DNA of 64,000 bases, from positions 32,001 through 96,000 of IMG/VR virus record IMGVR_UViG_3300012348_000111; one strand, 5' to 3'. This DNA is from a virus. Positions 8,601 to 17,300 of this stretch are shown piece after piece. The position numbers and the translations under genes are program-made. Each line of letters begins with the position of its first letter. The first letter of the stretch is position 1. The notes under the pieces are model-generated. The model made no database searches. It saw only the letters and a program-made list of their open reading frames with translations, and was not told the DNA's origin.

Positions 8601-11496
8601 ATTGTTTTTTATATTCAATTTCAAAAGCTTGTCTTGAAGCGTCTGTTAATTCATAAGAAACTAACTCTTTTGCTTTTTTATCTTTCTTCCACTCAATAAT
8701 AGCTTCTGCATCTTGTAATGCTTTACCTGTTTTCTTATTACCTTTAGAATCATAAAGTCTCTCCATATCATCAAGTTCATATTGAAGAGTTTTAATTGAT
8801 TCTATAATAATAACATCATTTAAAGAATTACCATCAAAGTTACCTATACCTATTTGTTCTCTAAGAGAGTTTATTTTAGTATAGATTTCATTTCTACGTA
8901 TAGCGATATCTTCTGGGAGAGATTCTGATATTTGATAATACTCATCTGTAAACGGTCTTTCAGTATAATTTTTATAGAAATCGTTTATTTTCTTAGTAAG
9001 TTCTAGTTTTTCACTTTGTTCTGTAGCTTGAGATAATGCAAACTTAAGTTTAGTTATTTCGTTTTGAAGAGCAACTGTGTCTGTTTGAGTGTTTAAAGCT
9101 AAAACTTTTATTTTCCTAAGTTCATTTTCTTCTACGTAAAAATAATCTACTTCTCTAGTAACAAAGGAGTACATCTTATGCCTGTCTATAACAGCTCCAA
9201 ATGTTTCTCCGTTTTCTTTATTAATTCTTTCTTGAATTTTTTGAAGACGATTATTCATATTTTGTAGTTCAGGAATAACACCTTGCATTCCTTTTAGAAT
9301 ATAATCGGCTACAATTCTTACTGTAGGAGTATCTGTTAAGAAAGCACTATCAAAAGATTGTTTAAACCAATTGTTCTTGCTTTTTGGATCTAGAAGTAAA
9401 TTTTTTATGTCTTCAGGACCTTTAGGTAATTCGTTTAACCTTTTATTAATTTCTTTTATTTTTTGAGTTTTTGCTTGAGCAGGTATATTTTCTTTTTCAA
9501 TTTGTTTAATTTGATTTTTTAATTCAAAAGTCAACTCATCTATACCATTTTTAATACCAGCATAAAGTTCTTCACTTAAAGGTATTAGAGTACCTCTATT
9601 TGATTCTTCTTTAATAATATTAATCGTATCTTGAATTACTTTAATATTATAGAATACTAAATTGTTGTTTCGTTTCTGTCTGTCTTCAGTGGTAATTGCA
9701 TCTATAGTTTCCCTTACTCTTTCAGGAAACATATTTTTTAAGGCATTTATTTGTTTTTCAAAAGCTTCAGCTTGTTGATTTGCAAAATAAAGTGCTGATA
9801 ATTTAATTTGAGAAGGTAGTTCATCGTTTTCTTTATTTTCTCTTATCCTATGAACGACATTTCTTAAATGAAGATTCGATGTTGTTAGATAGTTAGCAAG
9901 CTCGTAGTAAGCTTCTGCTACGTCTTCTTTAGTTACAAGATTTTTAATTTTCTCTAAAGACTTTGCAGATTCATCTAGAAGTTTACTTTCTCCTTTTAAT
10001 CTTAATTTTTTAGTAGAGAAACGAATAGCATTTAAATCTTTGTCTGTTATTTTATCAGCTAATGTTTTTACTTTTTCTCCAAAAGACTGTTGTTCGTTAG
10101 TAGGTAAAAGTTCTATAGCTTCTTTAAACATTCTTCCTTTATCTTCAGAAGTAAAACGAGAAAACATATATTCAGCAAACTCTGGACTATATTGTTTTTC
10201 TATTAAATCTACTTCTTCTTTACTTAAAAGACTGTCTACTAAGTTACCAATGTTTGTTTTTTCACTTACTTCAAATGAAAAAAGATTTTTAAAATAGTCG
10301 TATATTTTTTGCCAGATAGTTTTAGAATCTCTATTTCTATACTCTACATCAGCTTGTTTTCCTAATTCTGTTGTTATTACCTCTTCCCAGAATGAATCAC
10401 TCAATCCATATTCAGGATATAAGGCCTTTACAATAGCATAGGACGAACTTATTGGATTGTCCTTATGTAAGTCTTCAATTTCTTTTTTAAGTTCGTTAAA
10501 TAGCTCAGGATTGTTTTGTCTAATACTTCTTACTAAGATGTGACCAAATTCATGCCAAGGTGTTTCACTTGTTATAAGGTTCGGATTAAACATTATTTCT
10601 CCAGTAGTTAGATTGATTTTAGCTACTTGATCTAAATAAGGATTATAAGACCAAGTTGTTCCTTTAAATTTAGTGCTTAGGAAATTTATTACTTTACTAA
10701 ACTTTTCAAATTGAGGATTATTTACAGCAAGTCCTGTATGGAATCTAGAATCAAACCATTGACCATCGAAAGGTAATACTTCACCATCAACAACAATAGT
10801 ATTAGATTCTTTCATTAAATTTAAGAAGTCAGCATCTTGATTAGCTAATGCTTCAAGAGCCTGCATTGCTTCTATTTCTGCATATAATGATTCTTCTTGA
10901 ACTTCATCTATAACTTCAATTAGTTTTTCATAATATCTATTGTTAACTGTAAGAACAAGTTCGTAACCACCATCTTCCAAACTTTCTAGTTTTGCTACTA
11001 CTGGTTCGTGAGTAAACCCATAGGTTTTATTTAGATTTGTTGCAATAGCATATGCATACCCTCTAAAGTTTTTATATGATTTATTTTTAGTGTCACCTCT
11101 AAATGTTTTATCAGTAGGTTTTATAAATACTCTATATCCATCTATTGTAACTGATTCTCTAGATTCTAATGGTCTTATTTCCCTATCAAAAATTAATCTT
11201 TGAATATATTTAGATTTTTGTGCAAGACTAAGCTCATTGTACTCTATATTGTTTGATAATTCTAAAATTAAATCTTTTACTTTTTCTTGCTGTAAATATT
11301 TAGAAATGATTTGTTCTTCTACTTGTTTAGAGTACATAGTAGAACGCATTTGTTGAGAAACAAAGTTCTTAAATCCTTCTATATCTTGTTTATTACCTAA
11401 AAAATTACCAGCAAACTCAAAAAAATGAGATTTAAAGTATTCATTAAACTCTGATTGAGAGTATTTTTTATTATTATATGTTATTATGCAAGCCAT
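5608..11496 (-). CDS. Large ejected cargo / polyvalent protein with zincin-like domain
   Basis: 1962 aa; WHEFGH...EE zincin motif near 10540-10557; helical body; hydrophobic C-terminal segments; lies downstream of the virion RNAP as in crAss-like phages. Confidence 0.75.
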   Translation of the reverse strand: MACIITYNNKKYSQSEFNEYFKSHFFEFAGNFLGNKQDIEGFKNFVSQQMRSTMYSKQVEEQIISKYLQQEKVKDLILELSNNIEYNELSLAQKSKYIQRLIFDREIRPLESRESVTIDGYRVFIKPTDKTFRGDTKNKSYKNFRGYAYAIATNLNKTYGFTHEPVVAKLESLEDGGYELVLTVNNRYYEKLIEVIDEVQEESLYAEIEAMQALEALANQDADFLNLMKESNTIVVDGEVLPFDGQWFDSRFHTGLAVNNPQFEKFSKVINFLSTKFKGTTWSYNPYLDQVAKINLTTGEIMFNPNLITSETPWHEFGHILVRSIRQNNPELFNELKKEIEDLHKDNPISSSYAIVKALYPEYGLSDSFWEEVITTELGKQADVEYRNRDSKTIWQKIYDYFKNLFSFEVSEKTNIGNLVDSLLSKEEVDLIEKQYSPEFAEYMFSRFTSEDKGRMFKEAIELLPTNEQQSFGEKVKTLADKITDKDLNAIRFSTKKLRLKGESKLLDESAKSLEKIKNLVTKEDVAEAYYELANYLTTSNLHLRNVVHRIRENKENDELPSQIKLSALYFANQQAEAFEKQINALKNMFPERVRETIDAITTEDRQKRNNNLVFYNIKVIQDTINIIKEESNRGTLIPLSEELYAGIKNGIDELTFELKNQIKQIEKENIPAQAKTQKIKEINKRLNELPKGPEDIKNLLLDPKSKNNWFKQSFDSAFLTDTPTVRIVADYILKGMQGVIPELQNMNNRLQKIQERINKENGETFGAVIDRHKMYSFVTREVDYFYVEENELRKIKVLALNTQTDTVALQNEITKLKFALSQATEQSEKLELTKKINDFYKNYTERPFTDEYYQISESLPEDIAIRRNEIYTKINSLREQIGIGNFDGNSLNDVIIIESIKTLQYELDDMERLYDSKGNKKTGKALQDAEAIIEWKKDKKAKELVSYELTDASRQAFEIEYKKQFEAYQNNLSKATTDEERRVAQEVFDAWSSINVRITYKQEFYDQRQRILDGISYYLKGRGDISKEYEELFNILKGQKDTSGVYIPSNYSKELIAKSKEIEQRIESIKQLMKEGSPLDADIKTKLLPLFKQLDELQSTAVSSYYTETKETIQNELRSEIVSKNPSITEEELNRQVHQQYVNSQWYKDNHILKNRWDSDTQTMVQVYEPLFVWRVTRPNNPDFVEKNQPGFNWYRAVVNPKFRNPNYKQGQVQFKEVTSGPYLNKDYSKLTDNQKSIVNDLRSLHLENQKGLYAKDRLGDVIPGQLKSGRDRFIDAVSFRRNPFSSWRANVKNWWQARSDQDVDIEESYGEQESDFSQLDYGTDNLSKSRKIFMRFAKPLDVSKQSDDILGAIANYGGASHQFRALRKMQAVVLSASQKTTAESDKTQIDKMIEKLFYGQSLKGTDKLSKSFNAISRMATASAGRKSLGYNLLSIPQNLVTGLKQNLINVVSHGITLSSLRKGTIDATMASKDFFLYHGQLGNKPKSLQLLDYFGVEQKESFFQGEKAGNTGLRKYGDVLSIVNTIREYTEFEIAAQVGFAYLNQYRVKLKDSDQTITLKDAFEIKDGILQPRPDVELGENFDNLVQFVRNKIYVAVRRSQGVYDSMSQPEANRYTLGKLVLFLKKWVLGDIKSIYGRSTIHYGAGFETEGSWSAFTQLIRDSYRYNGNVFAAYRTSSQAVKGGVVKGTLNAAVWYAMVNTLIALQKATNCEEDGEADWADYACYFMKRIVNEVEGAFTLWGMNEAVYTYYIEQSNGISIADKLFGALSGPVGILGRYFKDLDDFTNMDPYYRWNQSKIDWDKTHPFLAGLPALAVGAIEYLGLRGVDISPDAMEFNNRRINDYMPKTYSNNLQTRFKKDYEIEKMPSRLPLPSLERQFKKQIKVLREKQRINRALGKDNKETNEKINNLISNYTKKRRDISKSGNKWDGQDLPFVPKVSIMGNISDKKIEKLNEDDLDN

Positions 11497-12128
11497 ATTT
11501 GATTATTTTTTATTTTATAAATTGTTGTAGTTGAAACATTAAACTTATTGGCTAACTCTTTTACTGGTTTATTAGAACTTCTAATAAAAGAAACTTTATT
11601 CCAATTCAATTTAGCAGAATTATTATTTTCTCCTTTTTTAGATTCTGATAAATCTTTGGCTCTCTTTTGAGCAGCTAATTTAAGGTTTAATTTATGTTCT
11701 TCTGAAAATATTTTTCTCTTACCAGATTCAGACATTTTATTTTTAGTTTCTTCTGAAACTGTAAATCCATAACCTCTTACAGCTTTACCTTTTCTTTTTT
11801 CTGACATCTTTTGTTTAGTTTCATCTGATGCTTTTAAACCATAATTACTTTCTGCAATTAATCTAATATTAAACTTATTACTATACTGGTCTAAAAACCA
11901 CTGTTCTAATTTGATACAATATTCAGAAGGACAAGTAGCTAACACTTTAAAATCTATATTCTCAATTCCATATTTGTTTACAAAGTTTTGTAAGAGTTTG
12001 TTTACATGAAAATTAGACCTTAATTTATCAAAATGTGTTTTCTTTCTTAAAGAAAGATTAGTTGCAGAGCCTATATAAACTCTATCATCTATTTTAGAAA
12101 ATATTCCGTAAACTCCTGAATTTAACAT
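11484..12128 (-). CDS. GIY-YIG homing endonuclease with NUMOD3-like repeats
   Basis: SGVYGI...VYIGSA..L..R...H; E.W; S.ETK.KMSE repeats; C-terminal HTH. Confidence 0.9.
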   Translation of the reverse strand: MLNSGVYGIFSKIDDRVYIGSATNLSLRKKTHFDKLRSNFHVNKLLQNFVNKYGIENIDFKVLATCPSEYCIKLEQWFLDQYSNKFNIRLIAESNYGLKASDETKQKMSEKRKGKAVRGYGFTVSEETKNKMSESGKRKIFSEEHKLNLKLAAQKRAKDLSESKKGENNNSAKLNWNKVSFIRSSNKPVKELANKFNVSTTTIYKIKNNQIWLA

Positions 12129-12913
12129 ACTCTATCGATTTTACCAGTTTCTATTAATCTGTTTTCTATTTGCATAGAAGACTTACTTATAATAAATTGT
12201 CTAAATTGCTCATAAGTTCCATATTTAGCAAATTCACTATTTTGAAAAGCCATATAATCTTTGAAACCTTGAATATCAGCTTTAGATGAAAGTATGTAGA
12301 TTTGTTCTGGTTCAAATACTATATATTGATGAGCAAAATCTATATCCCCTACTATTCCATTATCAGCAAGTTTATCTATAGTTCTCAGTACCGCATCTCC
12401 TTGTCTATCCTGAGCCTGGGGATTATCAACTAGTTTTAAATTTTTAGCATTTAAAATCGCAGAAAAAACCTTTGCTGTTTTAACTGCATTGTATTCTTCT
12501 AAAGATTCAAACTGACTAAAGTCTATAGAACCTTCTGCATAAAAATCTGCAGTTTTTTTACTATCAGTAAAGTAAATTCCTTGGGTAGATTGTTTTGTAT
12601 TTTTACCAGCTTGGTTAATATCAAAACTATCAAAGCGACCATCAGGTGTTCCATGATAAACTATTTCTTTTACTTGGCTGGTTTTAAAAATAGTAGAAAG
12701 ATATTGCATGTATTGAGCTTTAGTACCAATAGCTGCAAGGTCTGGTGACTCTTTAAATACACTATCAATAGCTTCCATTTTCCTTTTAAATGAATCTATA
12801 ACATCTTTATTTTTACTAATAGATGTAGCAAATTCATTTTTATTATTAATAAAGTATTCTTTAAATTTTTCTTCAGAATACTGTTTCCCTTTATATGTTA
12901 TTATACAACTCAT
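12122..12913 (-). CDS. ADP-ribosyltransferase-like (ART-PolyVal type) cargo module
   Basis: IVYHGT..FDSFD...GIYFTDS...A..YA...YIVFEPEQI motifs of polyvalent-protein ARTs. Confidence 0.7.
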   Translation of the reverse strand: MSCIITYKGKQYSEEKFKEYFINNKNEFATSISKNKDVIDSFKRKMEAIDSVFKESPDLAAIGTKAQYMQYLSTIFKTSQVKEIVYHGTPDGRFDSFDINQAGKNTKQSTQGIYFTDSKKTADFYAEGSIDFSQFESLEEYNAVKTAKVFSAILNAKNLKLVDNPQAQDRQGDAVLRTIDKLADNGIVGDIDFAHQYIVFEPEQIYILSSKADIQGFKDYMAFQNSEFAKYGTYEQFRQFIISKSSMQIENRLIETGKIDRVC

Positions 12914-13575
12914 GCTTTTTTCCAGATTTTATTATTTTTAATTTGGTTTATGGTAGCTCTTGAACAACTAAATAATTCTGCTATTTCTTTATCTGTTTTA
13001 CTACCCACTAAAGATTTAATTTTTTTAACTTGTTCTATTGTAAGTTTAGAATATTTACCACCATTGGCTTTGGCTTCTTTCATTTTTTGTTTAGTTTCTT
13101 CACTTATTATTCTACCAGTTAATGCTTTACTCATTTTATCAAGAGTTTCTTGTGAATGAGTGTAATTACTTCTATCTACTTTCTGTCCAGTTTTAGCTTT
13201 GCTAATATTTAACTTAGCTTTTTCTGACATTTTATAACCTCTTTTTCTGTTTGCAGGAGGTCTTCCTACTGTTTGAGCTAAGTTTAATTCAGGTTTTAGT
13301 TTATCTACAAACCATTGTTCAGCTTTTAATAAATACTCTTGTGGGCATTTAATTAGTATTTCAAATTTAAGATTTTCTATTCCTAATTTTAAACAAAGTC
13401 TTTGAAAGTATCTATTAAAATGTTTTTGTTTTAGTATAGCTCTGTTGTGAGCTTGTAATCTTTCTTGTAAATTATTAGTAGAACCAATATAAAATCTGCT
13501 ATCATTATCAAAGTAAAGTTTATAAATAGCACAAACTCCTGTATATTGCCCTCTTTGTAAATCTTTTACGAACAT
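12910..13575 (-). CDS. GIY-YIG homing endonuclease with NUMOD3-like repeats
   Basis: AIYKL...FYIGST.NL..R...H; EQW; HSQET/SEETKQKM repeats; C-terminal HTH. Confidence 0.9.
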   Translation of the reverse strand: MFVKDLQRGQYTGVCAIYKLYFDNDSRFYIGSTNNLQERLQAHNRAILKQKHFNRYFQRLCLKLGIENLKFEILIKCPQEYLLKAEQWFVDKLKPELNLAQTVGRPPANRKRGYKMSEKAKLNISKAKTGQKVDRSNYTHSQETLDKMSKALTGRIISEETKQKMKEAKANGGKYSKLTIEQVKKIKSLVGSKTDKEIAELFSCSRATINQIKNNKIWKKA

Positions 13576-14339
13576 TGTTTATCAATTATTTTTTGAGATT
13601 TTAAATCATTTAACATACTATTATACAAATTGTCATCTATTTCTTCAACTTTACTATCAGGAAAGATAGTATCTAAATATGCAGAGTATTGTTGTATAGC
13701 TTGTTGTTTCTGTTGGGGGCTTATTTGTTGAATTTCATCAGAAGTTTTAATTCTAAAAGCTCTTTCTTCTGTACTATATCTACCATCTTTTTCAACTCCA
13801 TAATCTCCAATTTTTTCAGCAAATCCTTTTTTAGTTAATGCCAATAAAGTATTTATTTCAGCTTTTGAGTTATCAAAATCAGAATACAGTGTATCTCCAA
13901 ATTCATTTTTAGCCCAATCTGCAACAAGAGTATGAACTATTTGCCCATAACCTTGATTTTGGAACTCTTCATTTAATTTAATAGATAAACCTACTTCTTT
14001 ACTTCTTCTATCATTTTTTACAAGTTTTACTTCACCTATATTTTTTCCATTAAGTTTTATCCATTTCCAACCATCTCTTTCTTTAGTATCTAAAGATATA
14101 CCTTTAGTATTAAAACTTTTAAATCCTGAAGCTTCATACACAGCATTAGCTAACTCAGGATTAGATTCAAATAGTTCTACAATACCTTCTTTAATAACTG
14201 CGTTAGATAAATTATAATACTTAGCGGGAACTTCTCCTTCGTATTTATCCCATAGATAATATGCTAGATCAGGATGAACTTGTTCTAGTTTAGTAAATTG
14301 TTCTTTTATTTTAGGATCAGATAGATTTGGACAAAACAT
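13566..14339 (-). CDS. GNAT acetyltransferase-like cargo module
   Basis: IGEV...SIKLNEEFQNQGYG (acetyl-CoA-binding QxxGxG motif)...LYSD..NS...KKGF. Confidence 0.65.
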   Translation of the reverse strand: MFCPNLSDPKIKEQFTKLEQVHPDLAYYLWDKYEGEVPAKYYNLSNAVIKEGIVELFESNPELANAVYEASGFKSFNTKGISLDTKERDGWKWIKLNGKNIGEVKLVKNDRRSKEVGLSIKLNEEFQNQGYGQIVHTLVADWAKNEFGDTLYSDFDNSKAEINTLLALTKKGFAEKIGDYGVEKDGRYSTEERAFRIKTSDEIQQISPQQKQQAIQQYSAYLDTIFPDSKVEEIDDNLYNSMLNDLKSQKIIDKQCS

Positions 14340-14359
14340 TTTTATTTAAATTAATATTA

Positions 14360-14390
14360 CAAATATAGTTACGAAGTAAACTTTTAGCAA
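14360..14390 (-). promoter_or_regulatory. Bacteroidota-type promoter for the GNAT/ART/large cargo genes
   Basis: TTG-N20-TATATTTG. Confidence 0.7.
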
Positions 14391-17300
14391 TTATCCTTAT
14401 TCTTTTTGTTTTTATTTCTAATAGACATGAATGAATCTTGAGCTGCTTGATTGTATTCGGCAGATAGATCTAGTTGTTCAGAAACAATAGAAATAGGTGT
14501 AGTAGATTGTGTTTCAGTAGTAGCGGTATCTACTTCTTCATCTACTTTAGTTATTGTTTCACCATTAGATTTAGAAGGAGTAATATTTGGCCTACTTAAT
14601 ACGTAGTCTTTATAGAAGTTTAAGTCAGGATTAATATCTTTAACTTTTGCAAACTCTGGGTGATTTTCTCTAAAACGTTTAGTAAACTCACTTAACTTAG
14701 CTCTTTGTTCTTCTTCTGAAAGATTTGCAAAGTTTTCCAAGACAGTACTCATTGGATAAGTATAGATCTGTTCTGGGATAAGTGGTAAGTAAGAGTCAAA
14801 CTTTTTGTTTAATTGAGAACCCAATATACCAGCATAAGCAAAGTTCTTAAAGAATGTTTGCATATTTTCTATAAGTTGAGTATCTACTACTGGATCTAAT
14901 TGGGGGTGTGAATAATTAAACCCTTGATTAAACTGTTCTCTATAGAAATCTACACTGTAATCAAAAGAGTTTTGCTTTAGTCCTGTTCTTAAGAAGTTAG
15001 ATTTTTCATCTGTGTTAAAACGAACTAAATCAAAGATTCTATTTTGAGAAGTAATTTTCTTTTCAGCTAATTTCTTCTTAAGATATTCATATTGAGCTTT
15101 TAGATTTTTAGAATTTCTTTTATCTAGTAAAGATTCATATTGAATAATATTTGGAACTTCATTGATGTACATTGAATACAAGAAGTCATTCTTAAATACT
15201 CTAGATAAAGTTTCGTATTGTAAAAATTTATTTTTCTTCGCATATTGCTGATGTAGCTTAACAATACCATCTGTTACTGTTTTACTAGCTGATACAGGGA
15301 ATATCTCAACAAACTTATCTAAAACAGATGTTTGTACTTGGAATGGAGATACTACAGATTCAAAAATAACTTTATCGAATGCTTCTTCTTCAAAGAACTT
15401 TTCTTCTTTTAACTTTAATAGTTCACCGTCATTGGCTCTAAGTGATTCAAAGTTTTGAGGAGACAAAGTATCAAAGTCTGTGTTGGCAGAAAGTCTACGA
15501 ACTTTATCAGCTTGATTTTTCATTTCAAGGAAAAGACCTAATCTGTAAACATCAGAAATAACGTTTTCTTTAAATAGTCCTTTTAGAATAGTTTCAGTAT
15601 CGTACTTTTCTACAAGACCTCCTATTGTTAGGTTGATAAATTTCTTTTCTGAATATCCAAATTTACTTCTTGACTTTTGAACTATGTTTTTAATTGTTGG
15701 ATCTTGAATTTGTTCAACAATATTCATTATAGAACCAAAGTCATTTAACTTACTGTATTGAGCAATAAGAGAATCTTTACCTTTTTCTGAACTCATGTTA
15801 ACCAAGTTAACCATTGCTTCAAAAGGTGTTCCCAACATAGTAGCATAGTTGACAATAGGTGTTACTACGTTATTAAAGTTGATTAACGCAATTCTATCGT
15901 CTTTCTCAATATCTACGTGAGCACTAATCATTTGACCCTGTACAAGAGAAATAGGTTTACCTTTAGTATCTTTAGTTCCTTCAAATGTTAAGTTACCTTC
16001 TACTCTATTTGCAGGAAGAACATAGCGACTATTAGCTTGTTTGTCTACAATAGTCAATTTAGCTTTCTGTAAGATAGAATGAAGTACGTTGTTTTTAGCA
16101 TCTGTACCTAAAGCTTTCTTATATGTGTTAAGAGAGAATACATAAAGCTGATAGTTAGGATTAACTATGTTTGTGTAGTTTGCTTCGTTTGTAGGATTTT
16201 TAGTTAAACCATCAGCAGCTTTTTCTATTTCAGAAATAGAGTTAGGTGTAATTAAGTCTTCAAATATCTCTTCGTTAGTTAAACGATCAGACATATTAAA
16301 TAGAATGTTATTAGAAAATCTATTTCTTATTGCTTTTAATTCGTTTTTACTATCTGTTAACTCTTGATAGATTTCAGCCAAAGCGTCATTAGCTTCTTGA
16401 AGTCTAAAACTAAGTTTGGTTTCAGAATAATCTTGAAGAATAGAAGAAAGATTTTTAAGTTTAGCTTTTCTTTCAGCAAGTTTAGCTTTTTGATCTTTAG
16501 ATAAGTTCTTTTCAAGAATTTCTTTTCTTGATAAACCATTCTTAAACTTATCTAAAAGCATTTGCTTAGCATCCATCTCTTCATCTACTTCTACATCACC
16601 TTCAAACTTTTCAGCTCTAAGTTGTTTAAGTTGTTTGTAAACTTCGCTTACGCTTGAAATATTTTTAGATTTTAAAAACTCTTCTATTTCATTAAGAGTG
16701 TTTTGTTTTTCTTCTAAGTACTCTTTTACAATTTCTTTATTTGTTTGAATATCTAAAGCTAATTGTTTTTTGCGAGCAAACGCTTCTTTAGGTGTAAGAT
16801 TGTTTGTCATTACGCTTCCATCAGCTTCGATGAAAGGATCGTAACAGAACAACTTATCAATATCATAGTCAGAACCAGACTTAACAACCATCTCATCAGG
16901 AACTAAAATAATATCTCCTGTTTCTTCAGGTAAGAATTCTACTATTTCAAAACTTTCAATAGAGTTATATCCTTGTCCTGGAATACGAATAGCTACAATG
17001 TTTAATTGTCTTTCGTATTGTTTTCTAAAAGCAGGATCATTTAAAGCCTCATTAAGACGTTTTAAAGCAGTATGAGGATTGATGGGTTCACCTTTAGCGT
17101 TTAGTTCGCCTATAGGGCTTCCATTGTACTCTAAATTAAAAAGAGGATAGTAAAGCTTAGAGAAAGAAATCATTATTTCTGCTTTTGTTACCTTTCCGTC
17201 TTTTAAGTCATAGTACTTAAGTTTACGATCACTCATTAAAGATACAGGAAACTGTACTCTTTGAGCACCATTTACTTTTTGTCTAATAACTTTGTTTTTA

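Noticed and set aside
11484-13575. Group I introns or inteins hosting the GIY-YIG genes
   Set aside because: No non-coding flanks or P7/R/S elements; the genes overlap their neighbours; no intein C...HN blocks
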